Assembly: GCA_041192325.1 (NCBI GenBank)
Contig: JBEENF010000001.1
Span: forward strand, 1-41,502
Length of the DNA stretch: 41,502 nucleotides
From: Verrucomicrobiota bacterium
Lineage (GTDB): Bacteria; Verrucomicrobiota; Verrucomicrobiia; Opitutales; Opitutaceae
Reading direction: 5' to 3'
The notes beneath the pieces are model-generated. The model was not told the origin of the DNA. It ran no database searches and saw only the letters and a program-made list of their open reading frames with translations. This document shows, one piece after another, positions 18,167 to 27,661 of the stretch (position 1 is the stretch's first letter; the number at the start of each line of letters is the position of its first letter). The translations under genes and the position numbers were made by a program.

Positions 18167-18409
18167 ATGATCCAACTCGATGTCCAATATTTCGCCATTC
18201 TGCGCGAGCAGCGCGGCCTTTCGGCGGAAAAGATCGCGACGGGCGCCGCTACACCGGGCGCGCTGTATGACGAGTTGCGCGGGCGGCACGGGTTTACCCT
18301 GACCTCGGATCGCGTGCGTGCGGCGGTTAACGATGAGTTTGTGGCTGCGGATGCCCCGCTGCGGGACGGCGACCGCATCGTGTTCATTCCACCGGTGGCC
18401 GGGGGCTGA
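18167..18409 (+). CDS. moaD: Molybdopterin synthase sulfur carrier subunit
   Basis: YFAILRE, AVNDEF, C-terminal PPVAGG. Confidence 0.95.
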   Translation: MIQLDVQYFAILREQRGLSAEKIATGAATPGALYDELRGRHGFTLTSDRVRAAVNDEFVAADAPLRDGDRIVFIPPVAGG

Positions 18410-18412
18410 AAC

Positions 18413-18865
18413 ATGTTTCGCCTTACATCCGCCGCGATCGATGACCCGGCCCTGCGCCGCGCGCTCGTGAATTCGCGAGCCGGCGCGTGCGTTACGTTCG
18501 AGGGCTGGGTTCGGGATCGCAACGAGGGCCAGCCGGTGCTTGCGCTGGAATACGAAGCGTATGCGCCGCTGGCGGAAAAAGAAGGGGCGCGCATTCTGGC
18601 CGAGGCCCGCGAAAAATTTGCCCTCGTGGGAGCCGCGGCGGTTCATCGCGTCGGCCACCTGCAGCTCGGCGAAATGGCGGTCTGGGTCGGCGTGACGGCG
18701 GAGCATCGGGGCGCGGCCTTTGAGGCGTGCCGCTACATCATCGACGAAGCCAAGGCCCGCGTGCCAATCTGGAAAAAGGAGCATTATGCGAGCGGCGCCA
18801 CGGCATGGATCAATTGCGCTACTCGCGGCGATCACGCGTCGGGCGGAGCCCCGGCGCCGTCTTAA
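18413..18865 (+). CDS. moaE: Molybdopterin synthase catalytic subunit
   Basis: GACVTFEGWVR, LEYEAY, HRVGHL, HRGAAF, VPIWKKE. Confidence 0.96.
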   Translation: MFRLTSAAIDDPALRRALVNSRAGACVTFEGWVRDRNEGQPVLALEYEAYAPLAEKEGARILAEAREKFALVGAAAVHRVGHLQLGEMAVWVGVTAEHRGAAFEACRYIIDEAKARVPIWKKEHYASGATAWINCATRGDHASGGAPAPS

Positions 18866-18934
18866 AATTCTGCTAATCGCTGCGCTTTTCGATTTTCGTC
18901 TCGTTTCCGGCGACCCGATGCCTATCGGAAAGGC

Positions 18935-19237
18935 ATGATAGCGCTCGTTGTCGCCGCCGCTGCGCCGTCCGTGATGGACCGGCTCAGTCAGATTCCCGAC
19001 CATTTTTGGCTGCGCCTCAGCCTGTTGGTGCTCGCAATCATCGCCGTCGTTCTCGTCTGGCGAAAGCTGGCGGGAGCCAATAAAGTGATTTTGGCGGTGA
19101 TCGGAGGGTTGGCGTTGTCGCTGGTGGGATTCAATTGGATCTATGAGCGCAACGAGCCGTCATGGGCGAGCCCTACGGTAAGCTGGCTGGCTGGCTTTCT
19201 GACGTCCAAGGGACCCGCGAACAAAGCCAGGCACTGA
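18935..19237 (+). CDS. Small hypothetical membrane protein
   Basis: 100 aa with two hydrophobic helices followed by FNWIYERNEPSW. Confidence 0.7.
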   Translation: MIALVVAAAAPSVMDRLSQIPDHFWLRLSLLVLAIIAVVLVWRKLAGANKVILAVIGGLALSLVGFNWIYERNEPSWASPTVSWLAGFLTSKGPANKARH

Positions 19238-19330
19238 TCAGGGACACGGCGGCCGGTTTTTTATTCGTGTGAGCCAAAATCGGGTTGGTTTTCGCAGGGG
19301 TTAGGCTAGCGTCCTCGCTCCCTTCCTCCC

Positions 19331-20836
19331 ATGGCAAAATCTCAATCTGACATTGGACTCATCGGCCTCGCGGTCATGGGTCAGAACCTCGCCCTCAACA
19401 TCGCCGATCACGGCTTCCAGATCTCCGTGTACAACCGGACGGTCGAAAAGACGGAAAAGTTCGTGGGCGAAAATCTCCAGACCCCTGGCGGGGTCGTCGG
19501 CACGAAGACGCTGGAGGAGTTCGTCCAGTCGCTCGCGAAGCCGCGCAAGATGATCATCCTGGTGCAGGCGGGCAAGGCCACCGACGCCGTGATCGACGGG
19601 CTCGTGCCATTGCTGGAGAAAGGCGACATCGTCATCGACGGCGGCAACGCGCTGTGGACCGACACCATCCGCCGCGAAAAAACCCTCCGCGAAAAAAGCC
19701 TGCGCTTCATCGGCTCCGGCGTGTCCGGCGGCGAGGAAGGCGCGCGTTTCGGTCCGTCGCTCATGCCCGGTGGCGAATTTGGCGCGTGGAAGGAATTGAA
19801 GCCGATCTGGGAAGCCGTCGCCGCCAAGGTGGACCCGAAGACGGGCCGGCCGCTGACCGGTGCGGCGCCCGGCAAGCCCGTAGTGGGCGGCGTGCCCTGC
19901 ACGACCTACATCGGCGAAAACGGCGCGGGCCACTACGTGAAGATGATTCACAACGGCATCGAATACGGCGACATGCAGATGATCTGTGAGGCGTATTCAC
20001 TGATGGGCGGCCTGCTGGGCCTGAAAGCGGCGGAAATGGGCGCGATCTTCTCCGAGTGGAATGCGGGCAGTCTCGACAGCTTCCTCATCGAAATCACCGC
20101 GGACATCCTGAAGCAAAAGGATCCGGCCACGAAGAAGAAGGCGTTTGTCGATGTGGTGCTGGACACCGCCGGCCAGAAAGGCACGGGCAAATGGACCTCC
20201 ACCAACGCGCTGGATATGGGCGTGCCGGCTCCGACGATCGCGGAAGCGGTTTTTGCCCGCTGCATCAGCGCCATCAAGGAAGAGCGCGTGGCGGCGTCGA
20301 AGATTCTGAAGGGCCCGGCCAAGAAGTACCGTGGTTCGAAAAAGGCGCTGGTACAGGCGATCCACGACGCCCTGTACTGTTCGAAGATCTGCTCGTATGC
20401 GCAGGGCTTTCAGCTGATGCGCACCGCGCAAAAGGAATACAATTGGAAGCTAAACTTCGGGGAAATTTCACAGATCTGGCGCGGCGGCTGTATTATTCGC
20501 GCGGCGTTCCTGCAGAAGATCACCGAAGCCTACGCGCGCAATCCGGACCTCGCGAATTTGTTGCTCGATCCGTATTTCAACAAGACGGTGAAGAAGGCGC
20601 AGGAAAACTGGCGCAAGGTCGTGTCGCTCGCCGCCGAGTGCGGCGTGCCGGCGCCGACGTTTTCCTCGGCGCTGTCGTATTACGACAGCTACCGCTCGGC
20701 CCGGCTTCCGGCCAACCTGCTGCAGGCGCAGCGTGACTATTTCGGCGCCCACACCTACGAGCGCGTGGACAAACCCCGCGGCAAGTTCTTCCACATCGAC
20801 TGGCCCGAGGCCACGCGGCCCCAGATCGAGTCGTAA
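19331..20836 (+). CDS. gnd: NADP-dependent 6-phosphogluconate dehydrogenase
   Basis: [52 protein letters not shown]. Confidence 0.98.
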   Translation: MAKSQSDIGLIGLAVMGQNLALNIADHGFQISVYNRTVEKTEKFVGENLQTPGGVVGTKTLEEFVQSLAKPRKMIILVQAGKATDAVIDGLVPLLEKGDIVIDGGNALWTDTIRREKTLREKSLRFIGSGVSGGEEGARFGPSLMPGGEFGAWKELKPIWEAVAAKVDPKTGRPLTGAAPGKPVVGGVPCTTYIGENGAGHYVKMIHNGIEYGDMQMICEAYSLMGGLLGLKAAEMGAIFSEWNAGSLDSFLIEITADILKQKDPATKKKAFVDVVLDTAGQKGTGKWTSTNALDMGVPAPTIAEAVFARCISAIKEERVAASKILKGPAKKYRGSKKALVQAIHDALYCSKICSYAQGFQLMRTAQKEYNWKLNFGEISQIWRGGCIIRAAFLQKITEAYARNPDLANLLLDPYFNKTVKKAQENWRKVVSLAAECGVPAPTFSSALSYYDSYRSARLPANLLQAQRDYFGAHTYERVDKPRGKFFHIDWPEATRPQIES

Positions 20837-20853
20837 GCGATTTCAATTGGCAC

Positions 20854-20894
20854 AACGCCCCGCCGGGCAAAAACCGGGGGGGCGTTTTTGTTTT
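20854..20894 (+). terminator. Rho-independent terminator after gnd
   Basis: AACGCCCCGCCGG...CCGGGGGGGCGTT stem followed by TTTGTTTT. Confidence 0.75.
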
Positions 20895-21113
20895 GAGCGG
20901 CGGGCTGGCGGCCGATCCAAAGACTTCGCAGCGTGATCGGAATTCCCACCCTCACTTCCCCGGCAACCCGGCGAAGGGTTGCGCCAAACTGTGGTCGCTT
21001 TTTGCGTTGTGACGCGCGGGGCTCCGGCGCTCCGACAGCGGCAAAGCGAACCAACCGGGGCAGCGCACCGCGATCCGCGGCGCAAACCGTGCCCGCCGCC
21101 ACCCCCATCGCAA

Positions 21114-21293
21114 TCACTTTGCCTGCAACCGGGACATGACGGTCTTGCGGCTCGTCTTCCGTCCCAAGGTCTTTTTCACCTTGCGGACCGTCGCGGCCTT
21201 TTTGCCTGACTTGGCCGCGACGTAACCCACTTCGTGTTTTTCGGAGGAGACTCGTTTCCCATCCTTGGTGCGTGATCGATTTGAAGTTTTCAC
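21114..21293 (-). CDS. Small basic DUF3606-like protein
   Basis: MKTSNRSRTKDGKRVSSEKHEVGYVAAKSGKKAATVRKVKKTLG... resembles the DUF3606 pattern (RV..E.HEV.Y...K.G). GTG start at 21293. Confidence 0.6.
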   Translation of the reverse strand: MKTSNRSRTKDGKRVSSEKHEVGYVAAKSGKKAATVRKVKKTLGRKTSRKTVMSRLQAK

Positions 21294-21384
21294 CCGACAA
21301 CAGAACGCGTGGTCTACCAACTGTTCCTTGGGTGTTAACGCGTGGGAGTGCACGGCAGACGGCGTTCACGGAAACGGGCGCGGA

Positions 21385-22041
21385 CTACTCCTCGTTTTCC
21401 CAGTGGGGAGTCTGCACTTCTTTCGACTCGGGAGAGTTCACTTCCCTGAGCCAGATCGAGAGCAAGACCATGGCGCCAATGGCCAGAAATTCGCTTTGCC
21501 AGTTCTGAAAGGATTCGAACCAGAAGCGCGACGAACCGAGATAGCCCCAGAGGGTCGCCGGTGACTCGCCGTCCTGCCGGCGCCCTTCGTTGTAGAGCAA
21601 AAGACCTGCCCGCGTGTGCCACACCAACGCGGTGGCAAAGAGAAGGAAGAGGGCGCCCGACAGGGAGTGCTCATAGACCCGCAAGACCCAGCCTCCGCGG
21701 CGCGCCGGCCAGGGCGAATCAGGCGTTACCGGCTTCGAAGTTTTATGCGCGTGTTTCTTTCGCGGGTCCTTCGATTCGGCCGAGCCTTTCTGGCAGAGAA
21801 AAGAGGTTGCGAGTACGAAGACGAACATCTGAAAAAACTCGCTTTCCCAATTCTCCGCGGTCGCTTCGCCGAAATGTGGGCTGGCGAGATACTCCGCGTA
21901 GCCCACTTCCGGCTGGCCGTGTTTTTTCCGCTCGTCGTTGTATTCACCCCGGCCCGCGACCACCTGCCCGATCAGGAAGGTCGCGAAGAACAAGCCGAGC
22001 ATCACAATCGACAGACCGTGATTGCGAAAAAAGCCGCGCAT
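21385..22041 (-). CDS. DUF6766 family membrane protein
   Basis: NHGLSIV, ENWESEF, QKGSAESK, YEHSL, FESFQNWQSEF, SPESK (internal two-fold repeat); SD GGAGG upstream. Confidence 0.8.
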   Translation of the reverse strand: MRGFFRNHGLSIVMLGLFFATFLIGQVVAGRGEYNDERKKHGQPEVGYAEYLASPHFGEATAENWESEFFQMFVFVLATSFLCQKGSAESKDPRKKHAHKTSKPVTPDSPWPARRGGWVLRVYEHSLSGALFLLFATALVWHTRAGLLLYNEGRRQDGESPATLWGYLGSSRFWFESFQNWQSEFLAIGAMVLLSIWLREVNSPESKEVQTPHWENEE

Positions 22042-22335
22042 CTAAGCCTCCACGGTTAACGCGATCGGCGGCCGGCTGCGCCGATTCATCCCTGCGGCCC
22101 CCCGTCGCGCCATCCCGACCAGTGCGGTCGGTTCCAAGCGCCGCCAGCGCAACGACTTTTTCCGCCCTTCCCCTGCGCGGGTGAAAGACGTGCCCTCGGG
22201 ATACACGGCGCTGCCAGCCAGGTGGGTATCAGCGGTCACAGCCGCACAGAACGGAGCGGAGCACGCGAGTTCCCCACTTACTAACAGAAGCAAGCGCGAA
22301 GGAGGATCTCGCGGCTCGCGCGAGAATATCGACCG

Positions 22336-23754
22336 CTACCGGCGAACCACGTCGCCCTGGCTGCCGCGCGCCACGATGTTTTCGCCGAGGGTGATCGCGG
22401 TGCTGCCACCGGCGATCTCGACGCCCGCCACCAGGTCCGATGCGGCGTCAGCGGCTGTGATCATCATGCCGGTCACCTGCACCTGCTGGCTGTTTTCAAT
22501 ATAAAGCCCGCGATATTTCGGCGCGAGAATTTGCCCGCCGGTTACGGAGACCTGTTTGCTGCCAATGATCTCCACGGCGCCGCCCCTGGCACTTGAACCG
22601 GCCGCCGATCCGTCGACCTGCAATCCGTTCAGGATAATGCCTTCGCTGTTGCGTACCGCCACGCCGTTGAGCCATTGCTGGCCCTTGTCGATGTAGTCGG
22701 GATTGTTATCGATGGAGTTCGTGCCGACGACGATGTTGCGGCTGCCCTCGATCAACAGCGCTTGTTCGCCGGACCGGAGGAAGCTGTTGCCGTTCACCGT
22801 GATGCCGCGGACGTTTTTCAGGTGGATGTTCACGTTCTGGCTGCTGATGTGATTGCCGGAGATGGCAAACAGCCCGAGCTTGTTGGGGGTGGTCGGACTG
22901 CCGACGAGCCGGATGTTGGCGCCCCCGGGCGTCTTGATCGCCTGGATGTTGTTTCCGGTGATGACGCCTTCGCGGATACTGCCCTGGCCGATATCCATCC
23001 AGATGTCGGCCGACTCGGGCAGGTTCGCGTCGTAATTGTATTCGATGCAGTTTTCCACGATCTCCAGATTGCGAATGGATGCATTCATAATCCGGATACC
23101 ACCGCGTTTGCAGTAGCTGATGTGGTTGCTGCTGATGATAATCTGGTGCAGGTCGACGCCCTCAAAAAGGATGCCCGTCTGCCGGCAATTGTAGATGTGG
23201 TTGCCGATGATGATCGGGTTGCGATTGCTGGTCGTGATGCGGGCCGGTGGCGGTGAACCGGCGGAAAAATGGATGCCGTGACGCAGTTCGCGGAGCAAGC
23301 AGCCGCGGACTGTCGCCTGCATCACGTAGCTGAATTCGAGTCCGTCGGCTTCGGGGTGCGCGCCCACGATCTCCAGTCCGTCGATCTGCGGCATGCGTTC
23401 ACGGTCCAGCACGCCCGGCTTGAAACTGTCCGGCCCCGCGGATCCCCGGTGCGTGCCGCCGAAATGAAACGCGGGACCGCTGCCCGCCATGACGATGCGA
23501 CCCACGCCGCCGCCGTTGAGGCTGATCCGCCCCGGGCCATCAAGCGCGACGCGAACGGTTGCCGTCAGGCGGTAGACGCCTTTCGGGAAAGTGACCACGC
23601 CGTCGGCTGTTTCAGACACCGCGCGCTGAATCGCGGCGGTGTCGTCGGCCACGCCGTCGCCTTTGGCGCCGAAATCCCTGACGCTCGCCGCGTGGACGAG
23701 GCCGGTGGCGGCGAGACACAACAAGACGCGCAGCAAGCAGGGAAGGGATTTCAT
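22336..23754 (-). CDS. Secreted right-handed parallel beta-helix protein (pectate lyase 3-like N-terminus)
   Basis: Signal peptide; VRDFGAKGDGVADDTAAIQRA; FPKGVY; recurring I.GN.I / N.I repeats. Confidence 0.85.
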   Translation of the reverse strand: MKSLPCLLRVLLCLAATGLVHAASVRDFGAKGDGVADDTAAIQRAVSETADGVVTFPKGVYRLTATVRVALDGPGRISLNGGGVGRIVMAGSGPAFHFGGTHRGSAGPDSFKPGVLDRERMPQIDGLEIVGAHPEADGLEFSYVMQATVRGCLLRELRHGIHFSAGSPPPARITTSNRNPIIIGNHIYNCRQTGILFEGVDLHQIIISSNHISYCKRGGIRIMNASIRNLEIVENCIEYNYDANLPESADIWMDIGQGSIREGVITGNNIQAIKTPGGANIRLVGSPTTPNKLGLFAISGNHISSQNVNIHLKNVRGITVNGNSFLRSGEQALLIEGSRNIVVGTNSIDNNPDYIDKGQQWLNGVAVRNSEGIILNGLQVDGSAAGSSARGGAVEIIGSKQVSVTGGQILAPKYRGLYIENSQQVQVTGMMITAADAASDLVAGVEIAGGSTAITLGENIVARGSQGDVVRR

Positions 23755-23882
23755 GGGGGTAAAGAGAGGGTGGGTGAATTACGCTAAAGTCGGTGTAGCC
23801 GCCAGTCTCGATTCCGGGGGAACGTTGAAGCCGTGGCGGCAAGCTCACGCTTTCCCCCACAGTTTTTTCCGGTGCGGACCGC

Positions 23883-26800
23883 TTATCCCAGAATCTGCCG
23901 AAGGCTGTCGAGATCGAGCACGCTCGCGAGCGATTCCTCCTGCACCACGGCGCCCGCCAGCGCGGCTTTTTCGCGCTGCAACGCCCGGATCTTTTCCTCC
24001 ACCGTGCCGCGCGCGATGAACCGATACGCATTCACCGGCGCCATTTGTCCGATGCGGTGCGTGCGATCGATCGCCTGCGCTTCGACGGCGGGGTTCCACC
24101 ACGGGTCGTAGAGTATCACATACGAAGCCGCGGTCAGATTCAGGCCGAAGCCCGCGGCTTTGAGCGAAAGCAAAAACACCGTGTGGCGACGCTCCGCTTG
24201 AAACTGCGCCACGAGCTCGTCGCGATTTTCCGTCTGACCGGTGAGCATCAAATGGCCAATGCCCGCGGTCACGAGGCGTTCGCGGATAATTTCCAGCATC
24301 GTGACAAACTGGCTGAACACGAGGACCTGATGTCCTTCGTCGCGCAGCTCCTCGACCCGCTCCAACAAGTCTTCTAGTTTTGCCGACGGCGTGTCGCGAT
24401 GGGCAGCGTCGACCAATCCGGGATGACAGCAGATCTGCCGCAGCTTCATCAGACTGGCGAGAATGCTGAAGCGCGCCTTGTCGAGCTGTCGCGGTGAATC
24501 CACCCGGAGCAATTGGGCCCGGGCGCGTTTGAGCTCCGCCTGATACAGCCGCGCCTGTTCATCCTCGAGCTCGAGCACGACGTCCTCCTCGGTGCGCGCG
24601 GGCAAATCCGCCGCCACCTGGCCCTTGGTCCGTCGCAACAGAAAGTGCCGCACGCGCGTGCGCAGCCGCGCGAGCGCCATCAGGTCATCCTGGGCGTATT
24701 GGCGTTTGAACGCCGCTTGCGTGCCGAGCAGCCCGGGCAGCGCAAACGCAAAAAGGCTCCACAAATCGAGCAGGCGATTTTCCACCGGAGTGCCGGTCAG
24801 CACCAGCCGGTGCGCGCCCGGCAGATCGCGGGCGACCACGGCGACTTTCGACGAAGGATTCTTGATGAACTGCGCCTCGTCCAGAATCACCGCGTGCCAC
24901 GCTTCCTTGCGGAAAAATTCCGCCTGCAGCCGCAATTGGGTGTAGTTGGCCACCACGATCACCGGCTGGCCCGCGTGGGCGGCGAGCAATCCTTTCATCC
25001 GGCCGGGCTCGAAACGAATCACCGCCAGGGCGGGCGTAAATCGCCGGGTTTCCGTTTCCCAGTTGCCGATCACGGATTTGGGACAAACGACGAGCACGCG
25101 CAGCGGCACGCTGGCGGGCTGCCGTTGGGCGAGCCACAACAGCCAGGTCAGGGCCTGCAGCGTCTTGCCCAGGCCCATGTCGTCGGCCAGCAAGCCGCCG
25201 AGATTATTTTCCGTCAAAAAGGCCAGGAACTCGAATCCCTCGCGCTGATACGGACGCAATTCGGCGCAGAGCCCCGTGGGCACAGCAGGGGCGGTGCGGG
25301 GACGCCCGAGTTCACGCACCCGCGCGCGCAAGGTCTGCGCCTCGTTCTCCGACAGCAGACCGCTCACCTCGGTCTGGGCGAGCTGCAGCGCGTGAAAACG
25401 GTGATGCTCGCCGGCAATCGCGGCCTCGGCGAGGGCTTCCGGGTCGAAACCGGCCGCTTCCAGCGCGGCGATGGGCGCGTCCGCCAAATCGACGCTCAAC
25501 CGGCGCCAGCCCTTGCCCTTCAGGCGAACGAGTTTCCCGCGGGCCTTGAGCAGCAGCGCAACCTCTGCGGGCGTGAGCGTGGAATCCTCCGGCTTCAAGG
25601 CCAGCGCGAGGTCAAACCAGTCGCGGCGCGCAGTCGTTTCCGTCAGCTCAAATTCCACCCGCGCGCGCACCGGCCCGCTCAACAACGAGCCCAGCTCGCC
25701 CGTGGCGATGACTTCGATTTCCGGCGGCAGCGCCTCGCGCCAGGCGACGAATTCCTCCGGGAAAGTCCGCGTGATGCGGCGCATCCATTTTTCCTCCTGG
25801 CGGTTGAACGCGAGCCCCAGCGCGGCAAGCTGCGGCGTCGCGGCGGCGGCGGGCGCATAGTCGAACGCCAAAATTCTTTCCGCCGCGGTTCCGGCCGGTG
25901 CCGGCAGCGGGCTCCAGTTCGAACTCAACCAGGTCTGCCGGCCCGCCAAACCGTCGGCGACCGCCACCAGTTCGACCAGAAGATTTTCCGTGCCCGTGAA
26001 GTCTTCCGCGAGATGACATTCGAAACGCGCGCGGACCGGCACCGACACAAAACGCGCGGCAATTTCGGCGGGCAGCCTGGCTCCGAAGCCACGGAGAATC
26101 TGCAAGACCTCCGGGTCGTGGATGACCTTGGCCGGCACGATGGCCGCGGCGACCGAATTGCCGTCCAGCGCCGGCGGGCCGCGATAGACGATGCCGCCGT
26201 GGAGGTACAGTCCGGGCTGGCCGGGGAGGAACAAAGCCGCCGCCGGGAGCGGTGTCCCGTCGGGCCGGTGCAGCGCCACCACGTAGTTGTCCGCATCGCC
26301 GCTCGACGCGACCTGCCAGAGCAGGGGTTCGGTCGCGAATTCCAATGGCCGCCCGCCGCTGCCGGTGACCACTTCACGCGCGAGCGGGTGGGAGAGCACA
26401 CGATGCAGGAACTGGCGCGCGCCGAGATTTTCCGGAGCGAGCTGCAGCGCGAAACCCTGCCGCCATTGGTCCTGGCAGAGCGCGAGAAAAGCGAAAACCG
26501 CGGGACTCGCGTCGAGCGCGGACAAGCCCGCGCTCTCGCGGGTGAAGCGTTCGAGCAGGGTGCGGGGCGCAGCTTTCCAGGGGCTGTCCGTCTGGGCGCG
26601 CGTTTCGAGCGCCCACTTGGCGCCGCCCACATCGAGTCGCACCTCGAGGCGTGTGGGAATGGCGGTTTTCTCCTCGACCGGTTGCTGCAGCGCCGTGCCC
26701 ATCTGGGAAAAACGGTCCATCCAACGCTGGACGGCCTCCCGTTGCTGGCGGTCGCCCAGCCGGGCGCGCACCGGCCCCGTGTCGGTGACGGGCCGCATGA

Positions 26801-27461
26801 ATTCCGGCACGCTGAAACCGGACGATTCGATATCGTAGGCAATGTACTGCCAAAGTTCGATGGGATCGCGCGGCGCGTCCGCCCACCAGCCATCGAAGGC
26901 ATAACGGTGGGGACCGGGTTTTGCCTCCTGGGTGTGAAAACCGAGGCGCGAAAGGTCCGTCGCGCTGACGCGGCCCGCTTGGTGAAAATTATGGTAGATT
27001 TGCGCGAGTTTCCCCAGAAAAGCGCCTTCCCCGGCCGAGAGGGGCCGACCCATTTTTTCCGCAAGAATCGTCTCCCAATGCTGGCGAAAACCCGTCGTGG
27101 AAGAACCCAGCGGAGCGCGAAGCAGAGTGGCAGCGGGCGGGGTCGGCCCAACCGCTTCGAGCGCAGGCGCCCGCGGCCCGAGCCAGTGCAGCGCGACCGC
27201 GACGACGTGTTTGCAATTTCCGCCCATCGGGCACGAACAGGTGTTGCGCCAGCCGCGGCCCGCGCGAAGCAGCTCCACGGTGTAAAGTTTCGTGCCGCGC
27301 ACTTCCCCGAGCACCGTCTTGTCGTCGACGCGCGTCACGCTCAGGACGGCTCCCTTGCGGTGGTAGTCCTGGCCACGATGACGTGAGCCCGAATCCATCG
27401 CTGCCAGGTGCGTCAGCAGGGTTGAACCGGCATCGCCGGAATCGACAGTGGGGTGAGGCAT
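23883..27461 (-). CDS. SWIM zinc-finger SNF2-family ATPase
   Basis: SWIM CSCPMGGNCKH; LRPYQ, LADDMGLGKT, DEAQ, TGTPVEN, VFSQF, DPWWNP, QAIDRTHRIGQ. Confidence 0.93.
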   Translation of the reverse strand: MPHPTVDSGDAGSTLLTHLAAMDSGSRHRGQDYHRKGAVLSVTRVDDKTVLGEVRGTKLYTVELLRAGRGWRNTCSCPMGGNCKHVVAVALHWLGPRAPALEAVGPTPPAATLLRAPLGSSTTGFRQHWETILAEKMGRPLSAGEGAFLGKLAQIYHNFHQAGRVSATDLSRLGFHTQEAKPGPHRYAFDGWWADAPRDPIELWQYIAYDIESSGFSVPEFMRPVTDTGPVRARLGDRQQREAVQRWMDRFSQMGTALQQPVEEKTAIPTRLEVRLDVGGAKWALETRAQTDSPWKAAPRTLLERFTRESAGLSALDASPAVFAFLALCQDQWRQGFALQLAPENLGARQFLHRVLSHPLAREVVTGSGGRPLEFATEPLLWQVASSGDADNYVVALHRPDGTPLPAAALFLPGQPGLYLHGGIVYRGPPALDGNSVAAAIVPAKVIHDPEVLQILRGFGARLPAEIAARFVSVPVRARFECHLAEDFTGTENLLVELVAVADGLAGRQTWLSSNWSPLPAPAGTAAERILAFDYAPAAAATPQLAALGLAFNRQEEKWMRRITRTFPEEFVAWREALPPEIEVIATGELGSLLSGPVRARVEFELTETTARRDWFDLALALKPEDSTLTPAEVALLLKARGKLVRLKGKGWRRLSVDLADAPIAALEAAGFDPEALAEAAIAGEHHRFHALQLAQTEVSGLLSENEAQTLRARVRELGRPRTAPAVPTGLCAELRPYQREGFEFLAFLTENNLGGLLADDMGLGKTLQALTWLLWLAQRQPASVPLRVLVVCPKSVIGNWETETRRFTPALAVIRFEPGRMKGLLAAHAGQPVIVVANYTQLRLQAEFFRKEAWHAVILDEAQFIKNPSSKVAVVARDLPGAHRLVLTGTPVENRLLDLWSLFAFALPGLLGTQAAFKRQYAQDDLMALARLRTRVRHFLLRRTKGQVAADLPARTEEDVVLELEDEQARLYQAELKRARAQLLRVDSPRQLDKARFSILASLMKLRQICCHPGLVDAAHRDTPSAKLEDLLERVEELRDEGHQVLVFSQFVTMLEIIRERLVTAGIGHLMLTGQTENRDELVAQFQAERRHTVFLLSLKAAGFGLNLTAASYVILYDPWWNPAVEAQAIDRTHRIGQMAPVNAYRFIARGTVEEKIRALQREKAALAGAVVQEESLASVLDLDSLRQILG

Positions 27462-27661
27462 GGGTCAGGCGGGTGCGAAAACTCCGGCGCGGTCGCTGCG
27501 GCAAACGCAGGATAGCCTGCCTGGGCCGGCCAGCGTAAGGCCCATTCCCGATAGCGTGGAAGAAGAAGGAAAGGAATGCAAAGGACGTTGGTTGGTATCG
27601 GCGCACAGGTGTCCCGCGGCCGCGAATGGCGCAACCGCGGGCAGGACTGGCGTGCCGTTGC

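Noticed and set aside
24513-27386. 957-aa plus-strand ORF
   Set aside because: Antisense shadow of the SNF2 gene.
23883-27461. SNF2 ATPase as part of a defence island
   Set aside because: SWIM-SNF2 is a common stand-alone architecture; neighbours are glyQS and a beta-helix gene; the methyltransferase is over 10 kb away.
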